Shown here: one piece after another, positions 35,126 through 48,747 of the stretch
Numbering within the stretch: position 1 is the first letter of the stretch
Layout of the letters: each line of letters begins with the position of its first letter
NCBI RefSeq assembly: GCF_006345805.1
Contig: NC_043010.1
Coordinates: 66,092,001-66,156,000, forward strand
Length of the DNA stretch: 64,000 nucleotides
Source of the DNA: Octopus sinensis
Taxonomy: Eukaryota
Direction: 5' to 3'
Notes under the pieces: model-generated
Seen by the model: the letters and a program-made list of their open reading frames with translations, nothing else
The model's database searches: none
Told to the model about the DNA's origin: nothing
Position numbers and translations under genes: made by a program

Positions 35126-35773
35126 ACACAGTAATCACTCACTTTTTCCTCTTAAAATATTAACAATTTTTTCAATATTTTCTCTTTTTTTTTACCTATG
35201 GTTTTGAAGTGCAAAAAATTTGGCCCAAATCAGTCTGGAGTGTGATGATGACGGGGGTGTAGTTGTACAAAAAAAATTTTTTTCAAACTTTTTTTCATAA
35301 AAAGATGTTCCTCGCCCACATCATTTTGAAGGCTATGGTTTAAAAAGAAAAAGGAGGAAATCCCCATCAAAACAGAGTAGTCCCAACAAATTTGGCTTTC
35401 CTGATGTGAAACTTTGTTTTTTGAAAATCCTCTCCCGACCACCTCAGAAAAAAGTTTCCCCAGAAATTTCTTATTAATTGTAATCTATGCCATCTGATAT
35501 TCGTATAAAATTTCATTAAAAGATATCCGTTTTCCCAAAAGTTATGAAGGAAAAATTGGATCATGTGAATTTTCCAACACTCCTCTCCCTAGCCCTTCAA
35601 AAAAAAACTCTTTTCCATAAATACCTATATATTCTGAATCCACAGCACCTAAGCGATATCTGTTGAAAATTTTGTTACAAGTTATTCATTTTTCTGGAAG
35701 TTATGAGGCAACAAAGTCGGTGGGGGAGGGAGGTACACATTTGTAGTGTTGCCAGTTTTGTTTGTGGTTAGCT

Positions 35774-36265
35774 CAGTGTTTCTCAACCTTTTATGTAACC
35801 CTTAAAATAAATTATAAGTCTCAAGGAACCCCTGCACAAAAGAAAATTATATACCATATCTTTCTCATATTTTCTTTCATCATAGTTCACGTGGTAAATA
35901 TATGGATATTTGTGTTATATTTTTTTGATAACATAAGTTAGATAGGATGAGATCTATCATCATCATCATCATTGTTCAACCATGGTCAAGACAATGGAAT
36001 TTACGGTCCATCATAGCATTACGGAGGTCCTGTTGCTTGATGCCTGTATCCCTGGAGATTACATCAGGGTAGGAGAGTGTCCGCCTTCTGGTATCGCGAG
36101 CAGATGTCTATATAACAATATTACAACAACCAATGCATGTTGTGCATGTCTAGTAATATTACAATCATGAAATTAGCATTAGCTTATCTCACTCTTTCTC
36201 ACAGAACCACTAGGAACCTTTTGCAGAACCCTAGGGTTCAAGGAAACCCTGGTTGAGAAACCCTG
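35774..36265. mobile_element. hAT-like MITE
   Basis: TIRs cagtgtttctcaacc / ggttgagaaaccctg. Confidence 0.65.
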
Positions 36266-37357
36266 GGTTAACTGAATCATCATAAAAATTCACTTTCGTT
36301 TCAATGCAATGTTGAAATCAGCTTCATTTTATAATCAGAACCACCAGCAACCCAGCAGATCACAGGCTGTTATTGTTGTCTTTAAGCAACAAGACGGGTA
36401 AGGGTGATTAGATGATGGTCTAGGGCTTAGGGGTGGGAGCCCCCAGACCTTGGAAAAAAAAAAAACTTTGGTTGTGTTGTAGTCGAGGGCTCTTCGTTGA
36501 TGCCCGACACCACTGGAAGGTGGCCCTCGAAGTCACTGGAAATGGAGATCTCCAGGTCCAAATTCTTGAACGGCAGATCACAGGCAGTCTGGTATATGTA
36601 TAAAAATAAGTCTTTCCTGAAGAAGCTCACAAGAATCACTTCTCTCTCAACAAATCCTTTTACATTTTTCAATAAAAAGGAACCAGAATAATTTCGTTTT
36701 ATTTTGTTTTGTCTTTTTTTTTTTTTAATAGTAAATTTATGTTTTTACTACCAGTTCCTGCAAATTCAAATTCAAAGTGAAAGAGAGAGGAGAAAGAGCA
36801 GACAGGAGGAGAGCGAGAGAGAGAGAGGGAGAGGATGGAAAAGAAGAAGAGACAAAATAAAACTGAAATGTGAGGATGTCTAGAGTGAGAAAGAGAATGT
36901 AAGACAGAGAGAGGACAGGTTCATGTTTGTCCATAACGGATGTTTACTGCAAATGTGTGTACATCAATGTATATGTGTAAAGCTAGGATACATATACACA
37001 CACACACACACACATACATATAAGTGTATATATACATAAGTATATACATATATGTAAATATATATACTACATAAATATGAATATATGTTATATATGTATA
37101 AATATATATAAAGATATATAAATGTATAATATATATATAAATGTCTATATTATATACATTTATATATGTACATATATAATATACATATAAATGCATATAT
37201 TACATATATATATATATAGATAGATATATATATATATAGATATAGATATATATGCATGAAGACATACATGCACACACACACAGATACACTTGCGCACGCA
37301 CACACTGCCATACATACACACGTACATATACATATATATATATATTTACACACACTG

Positions 37358-37550
37358 CTAAGAGTTTGTACCACAACATGACAGCAGCTCCTGGTAGGGG
37401 CTATCTGGTTGAGCAACATACTGGAATGTAGAGTGAAAAGCGCGCTCCTGGTTTTCGTCCAGCTGCCGGCGGAAGTCCAATGCAGCTAGGCAGAAAAGTT
37501 TACAGTCCATCGTCTCCATTTTTCCCATTCGTCCAAGAACGTGTGGAAAT
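37358..37550 (-). CDS. HTT: HTT terminal coding exon P (193 nt to stop)
   Basis: taaactag|; (L)[63 protein letters not shown], compare human LPHVISRMGKLE...PGSPYHRLLTC. Confidence 0.93.
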
Positions 37551-38629
37551 CTAGTTTAGGGTAAAGGAAAACAAACAACAACAACAAAAAAAAAGAAGAG
37601 AAACATACAAAAAATATGCAAATAAATAAATAAGACTTCACAGGTACAGGTACAGGTGTGGTAAGAAGCTTGGTTTCCAACAAAATGGTTCCGGGTTCAG
37701 TCCTACTGCATGGCACTTTGGACTGCATGGACAAAAATAAAGCTACTAAGTTGGCTAGCTACGTATGGACTTTAAAATATAACGAAACACCGCATGTGAT
37801 TAAATGGACAGTAATTGAGAAATTCATACCTTATGTGAATGGATCAAATAAATGCAGACTTAGTTTGGCTGAAAGAGTACAGATCCTCTTCCGATCTAAG
37901 ATCCCTAACTCTCTATTGAACTCCAGGTCAGAAATTTTCAATGGTTGCCCGCATATCCCTCTCTCTCTTTCGGAGAGGCACAAGCACCTACACGCACACA
38001 TACACACATGGCAGTAACTTCCGCCTACCGAATTCAATCACAAAGCTTCGGTCGGCTCGGGGCTATAGTGAAAGACACCAACCCAAAGTGCCATGCAGTG
38101 GGACTGAACCCGAAACCATGTAGCTAGGAAGCAAGCTCCCTAATCACACAGCCATGCCCGCGCCTACAGCCATGCTCGCGCCTACATGTATAAATATATT
38201 CTGAAGAACTGGAAAATTCAATCTATTCCTGATTGGCATGATATCTTTCCAGCCTCATCTTTTAAGGTCTAAGGAGGAGAGGTCTTTGACCTTTCTACTT
38301 TTTGTTTTTGACATTTTAGTTTCTCTTTTTTGTTTACCGTTGTTTACTTTCTGCATTTTCTCTATGCTGTCTTCTCAGATTTTTGCATTTCTTCTATTAT
38401 TCAGTTTCTTTAATTCGTTATGAGATGTGGTTTGTGCCTGAAAAATATGTTTGTGTTCTCTCAACAGGCGCAGGGGTGGCTGTGTGGTAAGTAGCTTGCT
38501 AACCAACCACATAGTTCCGGATTCAGTCCCACTGCGTGGCATCTTGGGCAAGTGTCTTCTGCTATAGCCCCGGGCCGACCAATGCCTTGTGAGTGGATTT
38601 GGTAGACGGAAACTGAAAAGAAGCCTGTC

Positions 38630-38712
<83 letters not shown>

Positions 38713-40289
38713 TGTGTCTTTGGTTGTCCCCCTAGCATTGCTTGACAACCGATGCTGGTGTGTTTATGTCCCCGTTACTTAGTGGTTCGGCAAAAGAGAC
38801 CGATAGAATAAGTACTGGGCTTACAAAGAATAAGTCCTGGGGTCGATTTGCTCGACTAAAGGCGGTGCTCCAGCATGGCCGCAGTCAAATGACTGAAACA
38901 AGTAAAAGAGTAAAGAGTATATGAAACTATTAGTAGAGCTTTAATATCATGGCACTCCATCGGTTCCAACGACGAGGGTTCCAGTTGATCCGAATCAACG
39001 GAACAGCCTGCTTGTGAAATTAACGTGCAAGCGGCTGAGCACGCTTCAGACACGTGTGCTCCTGGATCTTTCCACCACCCCCACGGGGTCAGTACTGCCC
39101 ACTTTGGGAACCACTGGACTAAAACAACAATGGCAATAGATTCAACAACGGCAACAACAATGCATAAGGACGCACAGACAAAATGAAGGATACAGAGCTT
39201 TTAGCCAATGGTTTGTAGAGGCACTGATGAAAAAACAGGTGAGGCTCCACACTGCCATGGCAACAGGAGTCCTTTGAGTGAAATTCGACAGAGACAACAT
39301 AACCCAATCCCGGACAAGGACTTGTTGATTCTGTTGGTGTAAATGATAAAATACCTGAAATTGGAACAGAAACATTATTATTATTATTATTATTATTATC
39401 ATCATAATCATTATTTTTATTATCATCATCGTTATCATAATCATTATTATTATCATCATCATTATCATTATTATTATTATCATCATCATTATTATCATTA
39501 TTAATATTATCATCATCATTATTATCATTATCATCATCATCATAATCATTATTATCATCATCATCATAATCATTATTATCATCATCATCATAATCATTAT
39601 TATCATCATCATCATAATCATTATTATCATCATCATCATAATCATTATTATCATCATCATCATAATCATTATTATCATCATCATCATAATCATTATTATT
39701 ATCATCATCATCATAATCATTATTATTATCATCATCATCATCATAATCATTATTATTACCATCATCATCATCATAATCATTATTATCATCATCATCATCA
39801 TCATCATCATCATAATCATTATTATCATCATCATCATCATCATAATCATTATTATCATCATCATCATCATAATCATTATTATTATCATCATCATCATCAT
39901 CATCATCATTATTATCATCATCATCATCATCATTATTATCATCATCATCATTATCATCATTATTATCATCATCATCATCATCATTATCATCATCATCATC
40001 ATTATCATCATTATTATCATCATCATCATCATTATCATCATTATTATCATCATCATTATCATCATTATTATCATCATCATTATCATCATTATTATCATCA
40101 TCATCATCATTATCATCATCATCATCATCATTATTTTTTATTATCATCATCATCATTATCATCATTATTTTTATTATCATCATCATTATCATTATTTTTA
40201 TCGTCGTCGTCGTCGTCGTCATCTTCGTCGTCATTATTATTATTATTATTATCATCATTATCATCATCATTATTATTATTATTATCATC

Positions 40290-40321
<32 letters not shown>

Positions 40322-40495
40322 TAGGTTGGTGCATAATTATTGCGGCTTCATCATCATCATCATCATCACCATCATCGTTTAACGCCCGCTTTCCATGCTA
40401 GCATGGGTTGGACGATTTGACTGAGGTCTGGCGAACCAGATGGCTGCACCAGACTCCAATCTGAACAATGATTGTAGTGGTTATGGTGAAAGAGC

Positions 40496-40527
<32 letters not shown>

Positions 40528-41495
40528 CCAGCAATGGCTGGCTAGAGTAGGGTTAACATACCCGAAAGACTACTTTTGCTATGAGCAGTGGGTGAGGCTG
40601 CTGGCTGGAAATGAACTCGCCAATCACTTTGTTCATGATGTCTTGAGGTGGGAAGAAATCGGCCAGAAACTCGGGCAGGATACGGGTCACAATGCTTGCC
40701 TCATATGGAAAACCTTTACGAATTCTGCAACAAGATCAAAAAAATAAAGATTAGGTTTCTTTTACTTGCATTCATTTATTTTTAACAGACAAACAGACAG
40801 ACAGTGGCTGTGTGGTAAGTAGTTTGTTTACCAACCACATGATTCCAGGTTCAGTCCCACTGCGTGGCATCTTGGGCAAGTGTCTTCTACTATAGCCTCA
40901 GGCCGACCAAAGCCTTGTGAGTGGATTTGGTAGATGGAAACTGGAAGAAGCCCGTCGTATATATGTATATGTGTTTGTGTTTGTCCCCCTAGCATTGCTT
41001 GACAACCGATGCTGGTGTGTTTATGTCCCCGTTACTTAGCGGTTCGGCAAAAGAGACCGATAGAATAAGTACTGGGCTTACAAAAGAATAAGTCCTGGGG
41101 TCGAGTTGCTCAATTAAAAAGGCGGTGCCCCAGCATGGCCGCAGTCAAATGACTGAAACAAGTAAAAGAGTAAAGAGTAGACAGTGGGTGTAATTTGTTG
41201 ATGATTGTGTAAAGCAATTCACCGCAACCGATATGCCATGGCACACTGACGTACCACAGTGTAACTTGCATATAATTTTTTCCCCTATACTTTTAGTTAT
41301 ATATTTAGCTCAGATGTGCCACCGAATTTTGAAAAGCGTATAAGTGTATTAGGCGCAGGAGTGGCTGTGTGGTAAGTAGCTTGCTAACCAACCACGTGGT
41401 TCCGGGTTCAGTCCCACTGCGTGGCATCTTGGGCAAGTGTCTTCTGCTATAGCCTTGTGATTGGATTTGGTAGACGGAAACTGAAAGAAGCCTGT

Positions 41496-41530
<35 letters not shown>

Positions 41531-44500
41531 ATATGTGTTTGTGTGTCTGTGTTTGTCCCCCTAGCATTGCTTGACAACTGATGCTGGTGTGTTTACGTCC
41601 CCGTCACTTAGTGGTTCGGCAAAAGAGACCGATAGAATAAGTACTGGGCTTGCAAAGAATAAGTCCCGGGGTCGATTTGCTCGACTAAAGGCGGTGCTCC
41701 AGCATGGCCGCAGTCAAATGACTGAAACAAGTAAAAGAGTAAAAGAGTAAGTGTGCCACAAGTGGAAAAAAGGTCGCAGAGCTCTGGCGTGGAGGGTAGA
41801 AACAAAATAATTATGCAAAGCCTTTCACTGAAATGGATACGTGAGGTCTGTAAGTTATGCTGTTTAGCACCCTCCCCTCGATCAAGCAGGCCTACTTCAG
41901 ACGAAAGGCATTCCAGCCATGACCAACCCATTTTTTTTGTATATCTAGAACTACATTCTGTAATGTGTCCTCCCGTTTTCAAGATGACTGTGTGTGAACC
42001 TAACTTACACACGTATGTGCCTTCACTTTAAAAACAATTTTTTTGTATTTACTTCGACCTAACCAGATTCCCCATCATCTACATATGCCATCTCTTCCAC
42101 AGAGTGTCGGGGTGGAGGATGCTTGGTAAGGGTTAATATTTTGGGTGCATGGGAAAGCTGCAAATCTCGACTCACCGATCAAACAGCACAGTGATTCTTT
42201 CCATTGCCAGTATAAGGGTCTCAGGATCCTGGTAGACAACAACATAGTCCGGATCGGAGTTGGAGGAGTTGAACACAGTATCACGTGGAGTAGGGCTAAA
42301 TTGTTCAAACTGCTTGCCTTTAGGGGACGAAAGACAAAAAGAAAAGGTGAAAGTTATAACAAGTGATAAATCAAAACAAAAGGGAGTGGGAAGCCTGTAA
42401 ACTTAAAGCTGTGTGGGAGATATTAGGGTACTTGGGGCTTTATGTGGGATATTAGAGTACTAAGGGTTATGTGTCAGATATTAGAGTGTCTGGGGTAACA
42501 TGGAATGTAAGAGTACTTGAGGCAATATGAGGGATATTAGAGTATGTGGGGTAACATGTGGAATATAAAGTACTTAAGGCTACATGTGGGTCATTAGAGT
42601 AACAGAGGTTACATGTGGGGTATTAGAGTACTTGGGGCTACATGTGGGTGTTAAAGTACTTGGGGCTATGTGTAGGATATCAGAGTACTTGCATGTGGGA
42701 TATTAGAGTACTAAGGGTTTCAAGTGGATTATTAGAGTACTTTAGGCTACAGGTGGTTGTCGTCGTCGTAGAAGTAGTAGTAGGAGGAGTTAAAGATACA
42801 GAAGGAGAAGAGAAGCTATGAAAAGAAGTTTGGCTACTTGGCAGGAGAATGTAGCTTTATAACACTCACTTGCTGTAAAAGCACTTACAAATGTTTCCAT
42901 GTGAGGGTAAAGCTGAAAGGGTGAGTTCATTTAAACTCGGGTCACATGGTTGCAAAATGCACATCTTAATCAGGTGACCAAGCAACAATAAGGGTGGAGA
43001 AATAATCAACAAATTTTGGTACAAGACAGCTATTTCAGGGGAGGGAGCTAGCCAATTACATCAACCCCCAACTCTGTGCTCAACTGGTACTTAATTTATC
43101 GACCATGAAAGGATGAAAGGCAGGGTTTGGACACAGTGGCGGTCAGAATGCTGCTAAGCATTTTGGTTGGCATGCTAACGGTTCTACCGGCCGACCACTT
43201 TGTATCAAGAACATTGGTTTCAAATCTTAGCACAAAGCTGGCAATTTGGGGGCGGAAAAGCTAGTCGATTACATCGACCCCAAAACTCATCATCATCATC
43301 ATTTAACGTCCGCTTTCCATGCTGGCATGGGTTGGACGATTTGACTGAGGACTGGTGAACCAGATGGCTGCACCAGTCTCCAATTTGACCTGGCAGAGTT
43401 TCTACAGCTTGATGCCCTTCCTAACACCAACCACTTGCCCCTAGGTGCTTTTATGTGCCACTGGCACAAGGACCAGTCAGGCAGTACTGGCAATGGCCAT
43501 GCTCAAATGGTGCTTTTTATGTGCCACCTGCACAGGAGCCAGTCCAGCGGCACTGGCAATGGCCTCGCTCAAATGATTTTTGACGTGCCACCAGCACAAG
43601 TGCCAGTAGGGTGACGCAGGTAATGATCACACTCAAATGGTGATTTTACGTGCCACCGATCATGCTTGTATGGTACTCTTAGTGCTCCACTAGTACAGAT
43701 GCCAGTCATCGCATTTGATTTCAATTTCGATCTGGTACTTATTTTAAAGATCCCCAAAGGATAAAAGGCAAAGTTGACCTTGACAGAAATTGAACTTAGA
43801 ATGTAAGGACAGATGAAATGCCCCTAAACATTTTGCCAGGCGTGCTAGCAATTCTACCAGTATGCTGCATTATATCTACAATAATATTGAATTCTAACAT
43901 CAGTTGAAGGTCACAAGTTTTTGAAAGGAATTTATCAGTCAATGATATCAAAATTGGAGCCTGACAAGAACTCGTTTTATTAACCTTTTAAGAATGAAAG
44001 ACAAAGGTGACCTGAACATGAATCAGGAACTTAAAAAGCAGAAAAGGGTTCACAACAGGAGAATTGAAAAAACACTCAATATTTACCTGAGTACATGCAT
44101 GTAAGCATTAGTCCTAATGCAGGCAGTGCCCTCTGAGGACTTGGTAAGCATAACCTAAAAACAAAAATAAAAAACAGATTAAAGAGAAATAAAGGGAAAT
44201 AATTCACAAAGGAATTTTCGAATATGTTAGGATTGTGGTTCTCAACCATGTTTCACCTATGGACCCCTATTGATTCCTATATTACTCAAGAGCAGGGAGG
44301 GGCTCATAGTCATTCAATGCCTAAAAATCTGATTGTATTTTTATGATTAATTTTAGTATTTATATAAAAAGACTGTTTAAAGATTTTGTGCATTGTAGAA
44401 GAATAAGCATAAATTTTGTAAACAGTATCTCATATGGAACCCCAAGGGCCATATGGAACCCCAAGCGCCATATGGAACCCCAAGAGCCATATGGAACCCT

Positions 44501-47500
44501 AAGGGCCATATGGAACCAGGTTGACCACCACTGTGCTAAGGGAACAATTTGATCTTAATTTTATTGTTCAGACCTTATGGAAAATAAAGGGAAATAAATT
44601 TGGGTTTTAGGGAACTCCTGGTGACTGCTAACCTCAAACTAAAGTTTTAAGGGTTTAAGTTAGATTATCTTAGTGTCACAAAAAAAAAGGTACCCAATGT
44701 GTAAAGTGGTTGGTGTTAGGAAGGACATCAAGCAATGGACCATCATACCAAAGCTGACATTAATGAAGACAATGATACAAAAATGTCCAAGAAACTGGAT
44801 CCAAAATTTTGTCAGTTAAATGTTGAACATTTGTTTTTGTCTCATTTGTTCCTTCAAGAATTGAGGTACACACAAACTGTTTTCAGGGTTTTTGCAATCT
44901 GATGTCTATTTTCCCATCAAGTGCCCTTGACGTAGCAGACACCAATTCTGAAAACTTAAAGGCCATTTAAACTACTGAATATATTTATATCATTTTCACA
45001 TGCAAGAAACAGTCTAATTACATTCTAAGAGAACATCTCTGCTATTAGAACTCATCATCATCATTGTTGTTTAATGTCTGCTTTCCATGCTGGTATGGGT
45101 TGGACGGTTTGACTGAGTGCTGGCAAGCCAGAAGGCTGCACCAGGCTCCAATCTGATCTGGCAATGTTTCTACAGTTGGATGCCCTTCCTAATGCCAACC
45201 ACTCAGAGTGTAGTGGATGCTTTTTACGTTCCACCAACATGGGAGCCAGTCAGGCTGCACTAGCATCTTCCACGCTCAAATGGTACTTTTTACATGCCAC
45301 CAGCACATGTGCCAGTTAAGGCTCCACTAGCATCTTCCATGCTTGAACAGTACTTTTTACATTCCACCAGCACGTGTGCCAGTCAGGCTGCCCTGGTGTC
45401 AACCACACTCGAATGGTGCTTTTTACGTGCCACCTGCATGTGTGCCAGTCAGGCTGCACTGGCATCAACCACACTCGAATGGTGCTTTTTACGTGCCACC
45501 TGCATGTGTGCCAGTCAGGCTGCCCTGGTGTCAACCACACTCGAATGGTGCTTTTTACGTGCCACCTGCATGTGTGCCAGTCAGGCTGCCCTGGTGTCAA
45601 CCACACTCAAATGGTGCTTTTTACGTGCCACCTGCATGTGTGCCAGTCAGGCTGCCCTGGTGTCAACCACACTCGAATGGTGCTTTTTACGTGCCACCTG
45701 CATGTGTGCCAGTCAGGCTGCACTGGCATCAACCACACTCAAATGGTGCTTTTTACGTGCCACCTGCATGTGTGCCAGTCAGGCTGCACTGGCATCAACC
45801 ACACTCAAATGGTGCTTTTTACGTGCCACCTGCATGTGTGCCAGTCAGGCTGCACTGGCATCAACCACACTCAAATGGTGCTTTTTACGTGCACCTGCAT
45901 GTGTGCCAGTCAGGCTGCACTGGCATCAACCCACTCAAATGGTGCTTTTTACGTGCCACCTGCATGTGTGCCAGTCAGGCTGCACTGGCATCAACCACAC
46001 TCAAATGGTGCTTTTTACGTGCCACCTGCATGTGTACCAGTCAGGCTGCACTGGCATCAACCACACTCAAATGGTGCTTTTTACGTGCCACCTGCATGTG
46101 TGCCAGTCAGGCTGCACTGGCATCTTCCATGCTTGAACAGTACTTTTTACATTCCACCAGCACGTGTGCCAGTCAGGCTGCCCTGGTGTCAACCACACTC
46201 AAATGGTGCTTTTTACGTGCCACCTGCATGTGTGCCAGTCAGGCTGCACTGGCATCAACCACACTCAAATGGTGCTTTTTACGTGCCACCTGCATGTGTG
46301 CCAGTCAGGCTGCACTGGCATCTTCCATGCTTGAACAGTACTTTTTACATTCCACCAGCACGTGTGCCAGTCAGGCTGCCCTGGTGTCAACCACACTCAA
46401 ATGGTGCTTTTTACGTGCCACCAGCATGTGTGCCAGTCAGGCGGCACTGGCATCAACCACACTCGAATGGTGCTTTTTACATGCCACCAGCATGTGAACC
46501 AGTCAGGCGGCACTGGCATCTTCCATGCTTGAATGATGCTTTTTACATGCCGCCAGCACAAACTAGTCAGGCGGCACTGGCATCAACCACACTCGAATGG
46601 TGCTTTTTACGTGCCACCGGCACACAAGCCATTCATGCGGCACTGGCATTGACCATGCGAGAACTATAGAATATAATAAATGTTCAGTTGTGCTAGTATA
46701 CAAGTATGGCCTAATTCTTCTTCCAAAATATTTATTAAAAAAAATAAAGTTGCTTGAAGCTTCATCATGGTTTTAATGTCCATTTTTTTTATGGGTTGGG
46801 CAAAATTAGTTGAGGTTGATTTTCTACAGCTGGATACTCTTCCTGATCCCAACCTTCACCTGTTTCCAAGTGATGCAATGTTTACCTTGCCCAGGCATAT
46901 TTTTCACAGAATATTGGAAATAAACAGCCTCGTTTATATGACAATGATGCTCATTTACAACCATCGCATGATGTCTAGACAAGGACACACATATATACGT
47001 ACACAAATACATACATACACTACCGTCAGAAATTAATTAGCACCCTTGATTTGCTCTTCACTCAAGGTATGTGCTGTCACCTAGTGGCCATATCTCGAAC
47101 TATTGCTTTGTTGCGAGTTCACTGTTGCGCAGAACGATGACGTAACTTTGTTTGCAGAGCAGTTTGAGAGTCTACAGCCTTATGATGTTGACATAGCAGT
47201 GCAACAACAACTTGGAGTGCGGATGCAGACAAATTCCTTTGTTTAATAGATATAGGTAGCGCCTCGCAAGGACCGAAATCACACCATACTAAGTTTTCTC
47301 ATCACGTAAGACGTTTTGAACAGCTCATAGGTTAATTGATTTAACCTATTTAATGTAGAAATTTGAGAAGTGCTAATTAATTTCTGACGCAAGTGTATAT
47401 ACATACACACTCATCCAGACATACATACATACATACATACACACACACAAAACTATATATGTTCTTGTAGGAAATTTAATGAACTAATACAAACTTCTTC

Positions 47501-48708
47501 ATCATTCGACTTTTCGGCCAATAGATCAGTCCTGTCGTCTCCTAAGGGTCAAAGTCCCAATCAACATGAATTGTAGAATAAAAATATCATAAGACAGAAA
47601 CTAAGCGAAATTAATAATTAAGAGAAGGAAAAAGATACTTACCTATCCATGCTTAATTTTATAATGGTTTCTGCATCTGGTTTTGAGAGCGTGGCGGTCA
47701 ACAACAGCCTCTCCAGTCCCCGAAGGATGGCCAGATACACAGATACACAAGTACTTTCTTCATTACTTGAGGCAGCATTGACGGCCAACTGTAACACACA
47801 GGAGAGGGAGCAAATACAGAGATGAGGATTATTAACAGTAAGATGACCCCTGTTAGATGAGGATTTGTTCAAGGGATGTGAAATCATGAGATGCAGAATG
47901 GGGGATGTGAATTATTTCAGAAAATGAACTTATTGAGTCAATGGTGAATGTCACTAGATCAGCAGTTCCCAACATTTTTGCACTCGCGACCCCTTAGCCA
48001 AAAGCTTGAACCCCACGCGACCCTCTACTATCAGCAGCTTGATTTACATTTTATGAAAATAACATCATCCCCAGTCACTTCTAACAAGGCCACGCGACCC
48101 CCCTTGCTAAGGCTTCATGACCCCCACCAGGAGGTCAGGCACCACTGGTTGGGAACCCCTGCACGAGATGCTGAGTGGATGAACAGAGAACTGTCAATGG
48201 CCAGGATCAACCAGTTCATCATCATCATTGTTTAACGTCCGTTTTCCATGCTGGCATGGGTTGGACAGTTTGACTGAGGTCTGGCGAGCCAGAAAGGTGC
48301 ACCAGGCTCCAATCTGATCTGGCAATGTTTCTACAACTTGATGCCCTTCCTAATGCCAACCACTCCAAGAGTGCAGTGGATGCTTCTTATGTGCCACCGG
48401 CACAGGTGCCAATCAGACAGGCTTGGCATCGATCCCGTTTGGATTGTGCTTTTTACATGCCACTGGCACGGGGGCCAGTCAGTGGGTACTGGCATCGGCC
48501 ACGATTGGTAAACTATTGCTGTCATCTGTAGTTGTGGCAGGCGCAGATGAACATTCAGCTATCAAGAGACCAATATAACTTATTGACCTGGGTAAGTCTC
48601 ACCTGACCAGATGAAGATGATGAAGTAAGAGAAAGAGATTTGCTTTTAACCCTTTCATTACAAACCCAGCTGAAACCAGCCCTGGCTCTGAGTACAAATG
48701 TCTTTTAA

Positions 48709-48747
<39 letters not shown>

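Noticed and set aside
36427-36691. Short ORFs downstream of the HTT stop
   Set aside because: No recognisable motif or splice context; most simply HTT 3' UTR or intergenic DNA.
39119-40334. Poly-Asp/Asn and poly-Met/Ile ORFs
   Set aside because: They are readings of the (ATC/ATT)n array; only 39194-39354 is a supported exon.
45294-46669. Long ORFs (280-431 aa) and a CRISPR-like periodicity
   Set aside because: These are translations of a 66-bp tandem unit. Units are contiguous with no unique spacers, and the context is a eukaryotic intron.
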